DNA of 64,000 nt from Eledone cirrhosa (taxonomy: Eukaryota). The stretch covers positions 212,040,001 through 212,104,000 of the forward strand of contig OZ024740.1 in assembly GCA_964016885.1 (NCBI GenBank). The letters run 5' to 3'. A program made the translations under genes and the position numbers. Every line of letters starts with the position of its first letter. Positions within the stretch are counted from its first letter, which is position 1. Under the pieces are notes generated by a model, which was given only the letters and a program-made list of their open reading frames with translations, was not told the DNA's origin and ran no database searches. Positions 36,323-50,439 of this stretch are shown here, piece by piece.

Positions 36323-37221
36323 CTAGCAGTAAAGCCCGGCGTTGCTCGGGGTCGCTCAGTAGCTGTGTTAAAGTTACAATGTTAAGTTTCTTTCTTGGCT
36401 TAAAAACTGTAGTGTCTACTGTTCAGACTTGCATGTGGTGTTTTTGATTAATATTCCCTCAACCAACAATATGCCTTATGAAGTTAAGAAAACAACGATA
36501 ACCCGAATGTTATAACAAAAGAGGATGCTGGGGATAGAAACTGCACTGGTTATTTATTAACAAAGATCGAAAATGTAAACACTGCAACGCAGAGAAAAAC
36601 ATTAGCGTAACCAAATTATCAGTTATGTCTGTCTGCCCGCCTATATCACCTCTCTGCACGACTGTCTGTCTGCACGCCTATATCACCTCTCTGCACGACT
36701 GTCTGTCTGCACGCCTATATCACCTCTCTGCACGACTGTCTGTCTGCACGACTGTCTGTCTGCACGCCTAACGAAATTTACAGATACATATATTTTAAAT
36801 AAACTTATATAATTTTTGCTTTTTTTTACGAAATATTTGCTTGTTTTACGTAGTCTTTAAATAGACTTGTTTTCAAGTAAAAATATTGTTTTAAAATGCT
36901 TTTAAATGGAAATGAAGCAAAACGGAAGCTTAGTGTTCGAACTGTCATTTTAAACGCTGAGAATGCCAGCGTAATTTTTTACGTAAAACGCTCAATGTAA
37001 ACAGAACAAAGGGAAATAACTGATAACTTACGCTCAAAAATCGATACATTATATTCGATTTCGTCACATAGGGTGGGTCAATTTTAAATTTTTTTTTTTC
37101 CGATGTCTTCGCTCAATGTACAAGTCTAGCAATTTCGGTGCAATTCCGTGAGAGATTCTAAGAGGAGATGTGTGCCAAAAATCGATAGACAGACAGACAA
37201 CCACAGCTTTATATATATAGA
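36323..37221 (-). mobile_element. Non-autonomous Helitron
   Basis: A|TCTATATATATAAAG 5' end, GTCT repeats, subterminal hairpin CCCGAGCAACGCCGGG, CTAG|T 3' end, no TSD; internal ~36-bp tandem repeats 36627-36770. Confidence 0.85.
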
Positions 37222-37581
37222 TGTGATTTCTAGTAATGTACTTTTGGGATCATGTATAATATTATTTAATGTCTAAAGAAAATTGTCTCAGGACTGCTAC
37301 CACTTGAAATAAAATTTCGCGGCGACAGAGTAGCAAAATTTAATAACCAGGGGGAGGGGGGGGGGTATGACAAATTAACAAGTTGGTGGGTGGTGGGGTT
37401 GATTATTCGAGCGCTGAGAGTAACTCAAATGACTGGCATTGCAAGGACTTCAAAGCTGGATATTATGACCGCAATTGATTTCTTTAGTAAGTCTATATTT
37501 GTTGTTATAGTAACAGCAACATAAACAGCAGTAAGTAAATAGATTTTTAGTTTTAGTCCCCAATGTAAAAAAAAGTGTGTG

Positions 37582-37659
<78 letters not shown>

Positions 37660-38245
37660 CTTATATACAAATGTATGTATAAATGTATCTATCTAAGTAT
37701 GTATATGTATATATTTTTTCTCTCTCTATATATATATATACGCAAGGGCCTTGCTTCAGGGATGTTCAAACGTCCATGTTTTATTTTTTGTTTATTTGAA
37801 ATAATAGATTCTTTTTAAGCTTATTTTTTTAATATCTGAACTTCATTTGAATATATAAAATTTAATAAGCGTAAAATGTTATGTATGTATGTCTATATGT
37901 ATATATGCATGTATGTATGTGTGTATGTTTATTTAATTCCTTTATACTCGTCTCTTCAGATGATGATGATGATGAACTATCTTTAGCAAATAATTTATTT
38001 AATGGAATTCTTTCATGGAAACATTTCATTGTCTACATACATACATACATACATACATACATACATACATACATGGTGGCTGCCAACTCGTTTTCGAGTA
38101 CGGCCACTACTTTATATCCATGTAGGAGAACCCTTACCGATGCGCTGAACGAGTGTGACTTTTTAGTCCAGCCAGCGACTTGAAAACTCTGGTACAAACA
38201 CTACATACATACATACATACATACATACATACATACATACATACA

Positions 38246-38278
<33 letters not shown>

Positions 38279-38351
38279 GTATATATATATACATACATAT
38301 ATGTATATATATATACATACATATATGTATATATATATATATACATATATG

Positions 38352-38396
<45 letters not shown>

Positions 38397-38682
38397 AAAT
38401 AACGAAACGAAATTAAATTTCGTTTCGTTTGTAACTCACTTTTGTATGACTGACGCTTAAACAATTAAGTTAAAAATGTACATCCACATATGTATACTGA
38501 AATACTAGTATGCATATGAATACACACACGTGTACATATGTAGATGTACCGAGTTTTCACTGGTCACTTTACTGTGAGTGTCCAGCTATTCTGTATGTAA
38601 ACACACAGACAAACCGGTTTTTAGAGTCATACCGGTTTTTGAGGAAACACCTTTCCTCTATTCTCCAGAAAGCCAGACAAGG

Positions 38683-38727
38683 AATATTGGACTAGTTTCG
38701 ATGTTGTTACATCTCATCAGCAATATT
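38683..38727 (-). ncRNA. Minimal type I hammerhead ribozyme
   Basis: Reverse complement of 39578-39622. Confidence 0.85.
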
Positions 38728-39577
38728 TACCTATCTTCCGGCCTCTCTAGAGAATCGTGAAAGCACATATCGTTATATGCTTTTTCTATGAAAATTAGTA
38801 GTGGGCAGACCAATTTGCATAGAGCGTGAGTACGTACCGGTTCAACGGAGACGATAAAAACAAATAACGAAACGAAATTAAATTTCGTTTCGTTTGTAAC
38901 TCACTTTTGTATGACTGACGCTTAAACAATTAAGTTAAAAAAGTGTACATCCACATATGTATACTGAAATACTAGTATGCATATGAATACACACACGTGT
39001 ACATATGTAGATGTACCGAGTTTTCACTGGTCACTTTACTGTGAGTGTCCAGCTATTCTGTATGTAAACACACAGACAAACCGGTTTTTAGAGTCATACT
39101 GGTTTTTGAGGAAACACCTTTCCTCTATTCTCCAGAAAGCCAGACAAGGAATATTCCTTGTCTGGCTTTCTGGAGAATAGAGGAAAGGTGTTTCCTCAAA
39201 AACCAGTATGACTCTAAAAACCGGTTTGTCTGTGTGTTTACATACAGAATAGCTGGACACTCACAGTAAAGTGACCAGTGAAAACTCGGTACATCTACAT
39301 ATGTACACGTGTGTGTATTCATATGCATACTAGTATTTCAGTATACATATGTGGATGTACACTTTTTTAACTTAATTGTTTAAGCGTCAGTCATACAAAA
39401 GTGAGTTACAAACGAAACGAAATTTAATTTCGTTTCGTTATTTGTTTTTATCGTCTCCGTTGAACCGGTACGTACTCACGCTCTATGCAAATTGGTCTGC
39501 CCACTACTAATTTTCATAGAAAAAGCATATAACGATATGTGCTTTCACGATTCTCTAGAGAGGCCGGAAGATAGGTA

Positions 39578-39622
39578 AATATTGCTGATGAGATGTAACA
39601 ACATCGAAACTAGTCCAATATT
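39578..39622 (+). ncRNA. Minimal type I hammerhead ribozyme
   Basis: AATATTG-CTGATGA-GATG-taacaa-CATC-GAAA-CTAG-TC^-CAATATT; predicted cleavage after 39615. Confidence 0.9.
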
Positions 39623-39839
39623 CCTTGTCTGGCTTTCTGGAGAATAGAGGAAAGGTGTTTCCTCAAAAACCAGTATGACTCTAAAAACCGGTTTGTCTGT
39701 GTGTTTACATACAGAATAGCTGGACACTCACAGTAAAGTGACCAGTGAAAACTTGGTACATCTACATATGTACACGTGTGTGTATTCATATGCATACTAG
39801 TATTTCAGTATACATATGTGGATGTACATTTTTAACTTA

Positions 39840-39886
<47 letters not shown>

Positions 39887-40236
39887 TTAACATTTAATTG
39901 TTTCTACTTTTGGCACAAATCCAGCAATTATCACAGTGCATTACTGGTACTTTATACTTAACATTTAATATTCTATTTCACTCTAATACCATTATAAATT
40001 TTATAAATTTATACCATTATAAATTTATATATGTATGTGTATATATATATGTGTATATATATATATATATTGTTATATTTGGGGAGGGTCATATTTGCGT
40101 AATATTGCCAGAATTAATAACAGAACACACTCACTGTTTGGTTGGTTTTCGCTTCTCGCTGTCTTTTATATATATATATCTGCGATCTAACTTACTCGGT
40201 CCTCAATGTTGCCATTGACTGACCGGCGGTCAAAAA

Positions 40237-40850
40237 TAATACAGATACAATATAGACACAAACACATATATATAGTTTACATAATTTACATAAATCTTTC
40301 GTTGCACATCTGCAACATCGTCAGTGGTGTTATATTCATTGTTCCTCCTGTTGTGTTGTATGTCTACGCCATTTTTTTGTTCAGTCTGTCTATATATTTA
40401 TTTATTTATTTGCTTGTTTGTTTATCTTATTTTATTTTGTCTTCTTTGCGCATGCGTTTGCGTGTGTGTATAGTGTTATGTGTGATGTGTGACTAGTGTG
40501 TATAGTGTTGTGTCTGCTGGGTGACTAGTGTATGTTTATGTGCTTGTGTATGTATTTATTTATCTTATTTTATTTAATTTTATTTACTTATTTATACTTC
40601 TCTTAGGTCAGTGTTGTTTGTTTGGGTGTTGTTGTTGTTCCACTCATTCTTTCTGTTTAGCTTTGGTCTTCTAATTTCTATTTCACTGGCCTCTCTGATT
40701 TGCCTATCTGCTGGGTCATTCCTATGTTTAGATATTATTCAATGAATATAACACCACTGACGATGTTGCAGATGTGCAACGAAAGATTTATGTAAATTAT
40801 GTAAACTATATATATGTGTTTGTGTCTATATTGTATCTGTATTATTTTTG
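40237..40850. mobile_element. Penelope 3' relic with inverted pLTR copies and a hammerhead core at 40757
   Basis: ~40237-40340 inverted at ~40740-40850; CTGACGA-tGTTGCA gatg TGCAAC-GAAA; GIY-YIG C-terminal relic on minus strand ~40640-40740. Confidence 0.65.
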
Positions 40851-41433
40851 ATGCACGTCCATGCCAGCAAATACACAGGTTATGTCATAGTACCTAGGTG
40901 GTTCAATGCAGGAGGATGCAGAACAATAATATAAAAGACGTAAATTAAGAAAATATTTAAAAAAAAATTTTTTTAATTTTTTTTACTTACTTACTTAAAT
41001 TTTCACTCCAACTAATTAGTTTCTGCAATGGGATAAAGACAGTTACGTATCCTCCTGCATTGAACCACCTAGGTACTATGACATAACCTGTGTATTTGCT
41101 GGCATGGACGTGCATCTGTGCGCTTATGCTAGTTGATATATTAAATTATCTATATTTATCTCCAAATCACTGATTTGTCGAGCAAACCTGCCAAAACCAC
41201 TTCTAAATTTTTTTGGGTGTTAGTAGGCGTCAGTCATCTTACCATCCCATTCCTTCTAACTAGCCTCTGTGTCACGTGATTGATTCTTTAGAATCGGCCA
41301 TTTGACTAGAAGCAGTGAGAATTTCAGTACATGGAATCCAGTCCTCGCTAGCTGTTCTATCTACCGAATTATTATTATTTTTATATGAGCCGCCAGTGTC
41401 CGCGCATTGCCTGGAGACTCAGCTGAGAATAGA

Positions 41434-41513
41434 CTCCCTGATGACGCAATGAATTCTCGACAGTTGGATTACGTAACTGTCTTTATCCCATTGCAGAAAC
41501 TAATTAGTTGGAG
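41434..41513 (+). ncRNA. Hammerhead ribozyme related to 4451-4534, in rearranged pLTR repeats 40850-41700
   Basis: CTCC-CTGATGA-cGCAATG...CATTGCa-GAAA-CTAATTAG-TT-GGAG. Confidence 0.75.
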
Positions 41514-41709
41514 TGAAAATTTAAGTAAGTAAGTAAAAAATTTGTTAAAAATTTAAAAAAAAATATTTTCTTAATTTACGTCTTTTATATTATTGTTCTG
41601 CATCCTCCTGCATTGAACCACCTAGGTACTATGACATAACCTGTATATTTGCTGGCATGGACGTGCATCTGTGCGCTTATGCTAGTTGATATATTAAATT
41701 ATCTATCTA

Positions 41710-41769
<60 letters not shown>

Positions 41770-41805
41770 GATGAAATAAAGATGGTTATAAGAGTTCCAT
41801 ATATT

Positions 41806-41867
41806 TTATTATACGTATTTCGAATACAAAATCATCCTGGGACAGATGTTGTGTTCTCTTCAGATAA
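41806..41867 (-). ncRNA. Hammerhead ribozyme
   Basis: Minus strand: TTAT-CTGAAGA-GAAcACAA...TTGTATTC-GAAA-TACGTA-TA-ATAA. Confidence 0.65.
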
Positions 41868-41959
41868 AAAATAAGGTACAATGATATGAGGCATAATAGC
41901 ACTTGTTTATAGGAAAGTGCTAAGTCTACATATTTCATTGTTCTAGAATATTACTCACC

Positions 41960-42064
<105 letters not shown>

Positions 42065-42306
42065 CAGAAGGGATATTCAATTTGTTGGTAATGTTTATAT
42101 AACTAATTCAGAGCACTCTACAGGTTTTCTGGAGTATAATATACAATGATATTAAATAAATGGAAACTATATTTATCAAACCATATTTATTCCATTATAT
42201 ATATTTCAAGGGTCCCAAAATTTTGGTACGCTATCATCAGATAAAATACGAAGTGTGTTTTATAAATTTTGACTTAACCAAAGAGAATATACCTTAACGG
42301 TTCAAG

Positions 42307-42358
42307 TTATCTGATGATAGCGTACCAAAATTTTGGTACCCTTGAAATATATATAATA
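42307..42358 (+). ncRNA. Hammerhead ribozyme with inverted copy at ~42143-42244
   Basis: TTAT-CTGATGA-..GTACCAAAA TTTTGGTAC..-GAAA-TATATA-TAAT. Confidence 0.65.
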
Positions 42359-42522
42359 GAATAAATATGGTTTTATAAATATAGTTTCCATTTATTTAAT
42401 ATCATTGTATATATATATATATATAATTAAAATACAAATATTAATAAAATAGATGTTCCTTTGATCAATTAAATTTTATTATAAATATTTCTTTGATGTA
42501 CTCATTGAATCTTCTTTAACTC

Positions 42523-42638
<116 letters not shown>

Positions 42639-42742
42639 TGTTTTCCGTTGTGTTGTAATATAAATATTACACACAGTAGATTATCAGCTCACGTAGAGTT
42701 TGCTCGACGGTTCCAGTTGTAGTTCCAAAAGTAATCCGGAGA

Positions 42743-44478
42743 AAAATAGAAAGATTTGAATGGATACAGTTTAGTTGAAAGGAATTTATTGACACGTGTT
42801 TCTATAACAGTTACATAACCTAAAACAGCTGCTATCTACAAACTTTTAGTTATGCAGGCATTCAATATTTCAATGTTATTATTTACTGTCATTTCATCAG
42901 AATAATATTACTGAGGACCTATTTAGTTTTTATAGAGAATATTAGGAGGGAGGGGTGAAGTTGTTAGAAGAATAGTTGAAGGAGTGGTTTTTCGATAGCA
43001 GTGAGAATTCTAGGTGGCAGTGAGTAATTAGATTCCCATCTGTTGTTTTGACATTTTTTATAGAATATATTATTGGTCATTTTTCTAAATTTATAGAAGG
43101 ATTAGAGATAGTAAAGATATGCGTGGTTGGTTTTGTGTTTGCACTTAATTAACATTCAGACTTAAATTTTTCTTTCAAGTGTACGTATCCTTTCACCCAC
43201 GCATTCACACACAAATATATTTGCACACCTCTACAAAATACATATACTCACAATTCACATATTCATACTTACATATATATACACATGCATACACATATAT
43301 ATACACACATGTATTCATGTACATACTTACGCGCTCGTGTGTATACATTTTCATACTCAACTTATCTTTATATACACACGTATAGACACACACAAGCGAT
43401 GCAAAGAGTACTTATGGTATAACCCCGAATACAATAGTTCCATTAGTACAAATTTACCAGTACTCTTCTTTAAAATAATTAAAAGACATTTTCCCACATC
43501 ACACAAATACCACAAAATCCTAAACCCTACCACTATAAGACTGTCATACTCTACAGCGTTAAACCTTGAACAACACATAAAAAAGATCAATACTAGAAGG
43601 TTAAACGAAAACACTAAGAACTTAAGTACAAAGAACACAAAAAAACAGTAGACAATACACTACAGAACATAAATAAACCACACCTAAGTTCGTCCGCAAT
43701 ACTACTCCAGAGAAAACCCAACGTACACAACTGTAACTGCACCTATCCTGACAACTGCCCCCTCGGCAATAACTGCCTGGAAAAAAATATTATTTATAAG
43801 TGTACCATTAAATCCGGAGGCAACGAGTGGTATTACGTGGGATCAACGGCAACATCGTTTAAATCTCGATTGTATAGGCATTCTTACTCAATAAAACACC
43901 AGAGCCAAAGAAATGTAACAACTTTAGCAGAAAAAGCTTGGACGCTCAGGGATAGCGATCAAAAGTTTACCCTAAAATGGGAGAAATTAGCTAAAACCCA
44001 AAGCTTTTCCAGGAGCCAAAATTTCTGCAAATTGTGTAATCTTGAGATTTATTACATAATCACACACAAGAAGAAACTGCTGAATAACAGAATTGAACGA
44101 ACATTATTCTGCCGTCACAGAACTAAAACCCTTTTTTCCCACTACAAGCCGAATATTACATAAAAGAGGGACATCCCCCAACTATATAAACCTTAATCTA
44201 GTTAGAAAAATATAAAAACAATCTCTTCTCAACATATATTAATAACCTTAAATTACCACACTAATAATGGAAAGATATGCTGATGAGAATAGGTGCAAAT
44301 ATGCGATAATGAATGTGTCTAAAAACGTCCATAAGTATGTATATATATGTGAAAATGTATATAAATAAGTAAATATATATATATGTTTGATGTGTATAGT
44401 TAGATGTAAGTGTATTCATGTATTAAAGTGCTTATATATATGTATATATGTGTGTGTATGTATGTGTATGTATGTATA

Positions 44479-44565
<87 letters not shown>

Positions 44566-45291
44566 GTGTATATGTATGTATATGTGTGTATATAGATGTG
44601 TATGTATGTGTATGTGTGTACACATGGACTAGAGTAAGTATGTATATATGTGTGTGTCTATACGTGTGTATATAAAGATAAGTTGAGTATGAAAATGTAT
44701 ACACACGAGCGCGTAAGTATGTACATGAATACATGTGTGTATATATATGTGTATGCATGTGTATATATATGTAAGTATGAATATGTGAATTGTGAGTATA
44801 TGTATTTTGTAGAGGTGTGCAAATATATTTGTGTGTGAATGCGTGGGTGAAAGGATACGTACACTTGAAAGAAAAATTTAAGTCTGAATGTTAATTAAGT
44901 GCAAACACAAAACCAACCACGCATATCTTTACTATCTCTAATCCTTCTATAAATTTAGAAAAATAACCAATAATATATTCTATAAAAAATGTCAAAACAA
45001 CAGATGGGAATCTAATTACTCACTGCCACCAAGAATTCTCACTGCTATCGAAAAACCACTCCTTCAACTATTCTTCTAACAACTTCACCCCTCCCTCCTA
45101 ATATTCTCTATAAAAACTAAATAGGTCCTTAGTAATATTATTCTGATGAAATGACAGTAAATAATAACATTGAAATATTGAATGTCTGCATAACTAAAAG
45201 TTTGTAGATAGCAGCTGTTTTAGGTTATGTAACTGTTATAGAAACACGTGTCAATAAATTCCTTTCAACTAAACTGTATCCATTCAAATCT

Positions 45292-45293
<2 letters not shown>
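42743..45293 (+). mobile_element. 5'-truncated Penelope element with inverted pLTR; GIY-YIG at ~43410-44163
   Basis: WYNPEY, NCNC..CPLGNNCL, YVGSTATSFKSRLYRH, CKLCNLE; ~650-bp arms 42743-43393 / 44650-45293; hammerhead-like core at 45143. Confidence 0.85.
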
Positions 45294-45341
<48 letters not shown>

Positions 45342-45471
45342 GTGTATGCGTGTGTGTGTATATATGTATTTATGTGTGTGGTTATCTGCGTGTGTTCATT
45401 TGTATTCTTGCATGCTTGAATATGTTTATATTTACACTGGACACATACATGCATGTATCTATATGTAGTAT

Positions 45472-47182
45472 TGCCCTCTCTCCTCCCTTCTGTACGTATT
45501 GACTCTCGAGCCTTTACTGAGGAAGTTGGAGTTGTTGCAGGGTATCCCCCTGGAACCAGGATTGAGCAAAGCTGTGTCGGCCTACGCCGATGACGTAACA
45601 GTAATGGTATCGACCGACTCGGAGATCGAGGCGATCGGTACCTTACTGGAGGATTACGAAAGGTTGTCAGGAGCGAAACTGAATCGGGAAAAATCCATCG
45701 GGTTGCAACTCGGAACGTGGAGAGGCAAACCGATGCCTCCCGACGGTGTCGTCGGACACTGGACGGAGGGCCCGGTAAAGTTGCTTGGGGTCTGGTTTGG
45801 ACCGGACCTCCAGGTGGAAAAGAACTGGGACGAGGTTACGAACAAGGTGTTTGCACTAACCCAGAAATGGGCCAAGTGTAGGCTGTCCCTAAAAGGCCGG
45901 GCGGAGGTGGCGAACATTTACATAGCGTCCGTCACTTACTACCGCCTGACTGTCGTGCCTTGCCCTAAGGAAACACTCACCACCATGGAACGCATGCTCT
46001 TCCAATTTCTTTGGAAGAAACGCCCTCCTATGGTGAGAAGATCCATCTGCTGCCAACAACCTTCGAAAGGAGGGCTGGGGATGCCGTGGTTGATGATGCG
46101 TAGGCACGCATTAAGGCTACGGCACCTACAGGTATTCCTCACTGGTCAACCGGTGTGGGCTCCGTTCGTGAAACGAGCCTTTCCGAGACTCGTCTCGCTC
46201 ACCGAGCTGCAGTCCTTGGTCAAGCAAAGATCCGGAAAACTGGGAGACTGGCACACTGAGTGTGCCCAGGCGCTCAGGGCTCTCTGGCAAGCGAGCCCGG
46301 CCATCGGTGGAGAATCCACCTCATCATTTTATAGAGGGCTGGTGGCTAGCAGGGGCGAAGACACCCTTGGAGAGTCGCTGGACATGGAAGAGGACGAACT
46401 GGCCAGCCTGTTCGGTAGGACTTTCGGCCCGGGACCAATGGACAACTTCCAGAAGTCACTAGCCTGGCAGTGCTACCGGGGGGCTCTACCCGTTCGAGAG
46501 AGGCTCTACAGACACGGGCGCCCGGGCAGGGATCCCTCGAAAAAGATTTGCCCTAGATGCGTGCGTCACGAAGAAACCGTTGCGCACGCATTGGTGCAAT
46601 GTCCGGGCGTGGCTGATCTGTGGGGCTACGCCAAACGACTGCTGTCGCGGGTGGCGCCGATTCGATTGACCGCCGAGTCCGTGGTGACAATCAAGCCGCC
46701 TCCCCTCTTCACAAAGGAAGCAAAGGCGGTTTTTCTGTGCGTAATAGCCATGTTGAAAGAGGTTGTTTGGTGGACACGATTGAAAGGTCTGAGGTCAGGC
46801 AACTTCCTCTCTGGCCATAGTCTGGTCTACTTCTTCCGATATCACTTCGGAAGAAGGATAAGAATGGAGAGAGAGGTGCTTGGCCACAGGCAGTTTTATG
46901 AAAGGTGGGTGATAGTGGCGAGAATGGCTCGTGTAAATGGGCTTTCTCTGTATACCATCCTGTAGGTAAAGAAGTGAAGGAGAGGGGAGCACCTTCTCCA
47001 TGTGCTCCCCGGGCAAAGGATTGCACACTTTTTCGGGGGTGTGTGCAACCCCCATCACGTCCCCTCCCTTTTGAGGTTGTTTTCGATTATTTTCATTTTA
47101 TACCCTTTTTACTCGGTGTTATGTAAACTCCCCCTTTGTATTTGTCCCTTCTTTTTATGCCTTTATGGTAAATAAAGAAATA
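45472..47182 (+). mobile_element. 5'-truncated family-D Tx1 copy with 15-bp target-site duplication
   Basis: ORF 45499..46965 nearly identical to D ORF2; TSD TATATGTAGTATTGC at 45460-45474 and 47183-47197. Confidence 0.93.
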
Positions 47183-47428
47183 TATATGTAGTATTGCGTA
47201 TGTGATTGTATTTATGTATAAGTCTATCATTATGTGTGTGACGTCTTCCTCTCATTTTGTCCAACCGCTTATCTATATTTTTATTTTATTTTATATTTTT
47301 TCCCTTGTACTTGTGTATGTATATTTCTGCAGACTAGCTAGTGAGTTAATACACTTCTGTCTATGCCATATATATATCTGTGTATGTGTGCATGTGTGTA
47401 TGTATACGTGTGTGTGTGAAGTGAATGC

Positions 47429-47497
<69 letters not shown>

Positions 47498-47668
47498 CCT
47501 GTGTATATGTATGCGTAGGTATATATATATATATATATATATATATCTGTGTATGTATGTATATATGTTTATAATTATATGTGTGTGTGTGTGTGTTTGC
47601 GAATGTATGTATTTGCAGACTAGTGTGTTTATACACTTATGTCTATGCCATGTATATATATGTGTATA

Positions 47669-47714
<46 letters not shown>

Positions 47715-47826
47715 TATAAAATGAAGTATTTCCGTAGGAAAAGTAAAGGAAAAGTAAGTGCTCTATGTAGGCTACAGAGCTTTTTAGTTATGTAACAAAC
47801 AACATAAGATAATTATTTCATATTAT

Positions 47827-47886
47827 TCTTTCTGATGAATGAAGACAGCCATGGATATCTGTCTTCAAGAAACCACTGGTAAATGA
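47827..47886 (+). ncRNA. Hammerhead ribozyme within a short inverted repeat
   Basis: CTGATGA-aTGAAGACAG...CTGTCTTCAa-GAAA-CCACTGG-TA. Confidence 0.7.
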
Positions 47887-47929
47887 ATTAATTATCTTAT
47901 GTTGTTTATTACATAACTATATATCTATC

Positions 47930-47975
<46 letters not shown>

Positions 47976-48124
47976 CCTATGTATATGTCTGTATGTATGT
48001 CTGTATATGTATTTATGTGTGAGTGTGCCTATGTATATGTCTGTATGTATGTCTGTATATGTATTTATGTGTGTGTGTGTTGTGCCTATGTATATGTCTC
48101 TATGTATGTCTGTATATGTATTTA

Positions 48125-48155
<31 letters not shown>

Positions 48156-48394
48156 GTATGTCTGTGTACATGTATGTTTGCATATATATGTATATATACA
48201 TATATATATATTTTCCTTTTATCTGAATGTGTGTATATGTATGTACACATGTCTTTTTCTATATTGCTATATATTTTTATATATTATTTTTCTTACCCTT
48301 CTTTTCTTATGTATATTTCCCGTTATTTTTCCAGCCTCACTTCCAATTTTTAACAGATTTTAAATCTCATTTCATATCTTTTATCTATAACATC

Positions 48395-48461
48395 TCTGTC
48401 TGACGACCGATCCAGACGTATTTTATTATTGTCTGGGATCCAGAAACCTTTGGTAATGCAG
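48395..48461 (+). ncRNA. Hammerhead ribozyme (degenerate stem I)
   Basis: CTGACGA-..GATCCAGAC...GTCTGGGATC..-GAAA-CCTTTGG-TA. Confidence 0.55.
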
Positions 48462-48595
48462 TAGTTATATTTTGTGTTGTTCACTTTCTAATTACATAGC
48501 TCTGTTCTATACATAGAGCACTCTTTTTTCCTTTGCATTTCCTTCGGAATTACCTAACACACACACACACACGCACACACACACACTTATATAAT

Positions 48596-49236
<641 letters not shown>

Positions 49237-49654
49237 TTATTAAAATAACAGATTAAAGTTTAAGCAAAGAATCGCTGCTTTCACCCTTAACGGGATCTTC
49301 TGAAACTAACAAAGTCAATATATACATACATATATATATATATATAAATATATAAGTGTGTGTGTGCGTGTGTGCGGTTGCAAATTATTTGTATTTATAT
49401 TGTTGAATTCATTTAGACTTAACGTTTACTATGTATGGTTCGGTAGCTCCCCGAGGAGTCATATGGGGGCCTTATTGACATACGGTGTTACAAGGGCATT
49501 TTAAGAACTGAGGGTCCCCATCTCTCGCCAAGTTTGAACAGATTTTTCTCAGGTAAAGAAAAAGCGTGAGAGAAAGAAAGAGTTTTTATCGACCTTGAAT
49601 GAATGAAAGGCAAAGTGGAACTTAGAGTGGAGAGAGCCGAAACGAATGCCACAA

Positions 49655-50140
49655 AGCACTCTATCCGACGTATTAACTACTCTGCCAATTCCTCGCTTCA
49701 AAATTTACTATGGAATTCTTCTTCTTCTTCCTTGCCCACTTATTGCTGGGAGGGTCGTGAGGGCAAAGTCCTCAAACACTCTGTCCAGCGAGTCCTGTCA
49801 GAAGCAACCATCTCCAACTGATCCAGCTGGATCCTCAAGCGTGACCAACGAAGCTTATCGATTTTATCCAACCATCTTGCTTGGGGTCTACCCCAGGGTC
49901 CCCTGTCGGTTGGTTTTGCCAGTAAAATATGTCCAGCGATTATTTCCTGAGACATTCTAACCACATACCCATAGTATCAGAGCTGTGATCTCTCAACTCA
50001 GAGAAGCAGTGGCTCTATCTGGAGTGACTCTCTGATCTCTGAGCTACGCACTTTATCGAGTAGCGTTACTCCAAAGACGCTTCGGAGGAACCCCATTTCG
50101 GCCGCTTGTATTCGCGATCGTATTCTTCCAGTTATTACCC
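49655..50140 (-). mobile_element. RTE-like LINE 3' relic
   Basis: ILLAKPTDRGPWGRPQARWLD...DRTRW; (GAA)n tail. Confidence 0.7.
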
Positions 50141-50439
50141 ATGATATAAAATACATTAAAAATAATTGTGGGTGTTTATTGATTTATTATTTTTGTGTGA
50201 GAGACATAATATACTTTGATTTCCAGTTAGCTGGCGGTGGATTGGCAGAATCAGTAGAGCGCCAGACAATATGCTTCGTATATATTTACGTCAAAGTTGA
50301 AAGCCCACCGATCAACTTTGCATTTCATTCTTCTGGGATCAATAAAATAAAGGTCCAGGATCGATTTACTACTTTCTACACCCCACAAATTGCTGGCCTT
50401 GTACCTAAATTATTATCATCATCATCATCGTCATCATCA

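Larger units (their letters stand above)
38392..39844. mobile_element. Retrozyme-like non-coding element: 467-bp hammerhead-containing unit, ~1.5 copies per arm, as a spacerless palindrome (axis 39152/39153) in (TA)n
   Basis: Direct repeat 38510 vs 38977; mirror ORFs on both strands; ribozymes at 38683-38727 (-) and 39578-39622 (+). Confidence 0.85.

Noticed and set aside
38510-39795. Mirror ORFs on both strands as genes
   Set aside because: By-product of the palindromic non-coding repeat.
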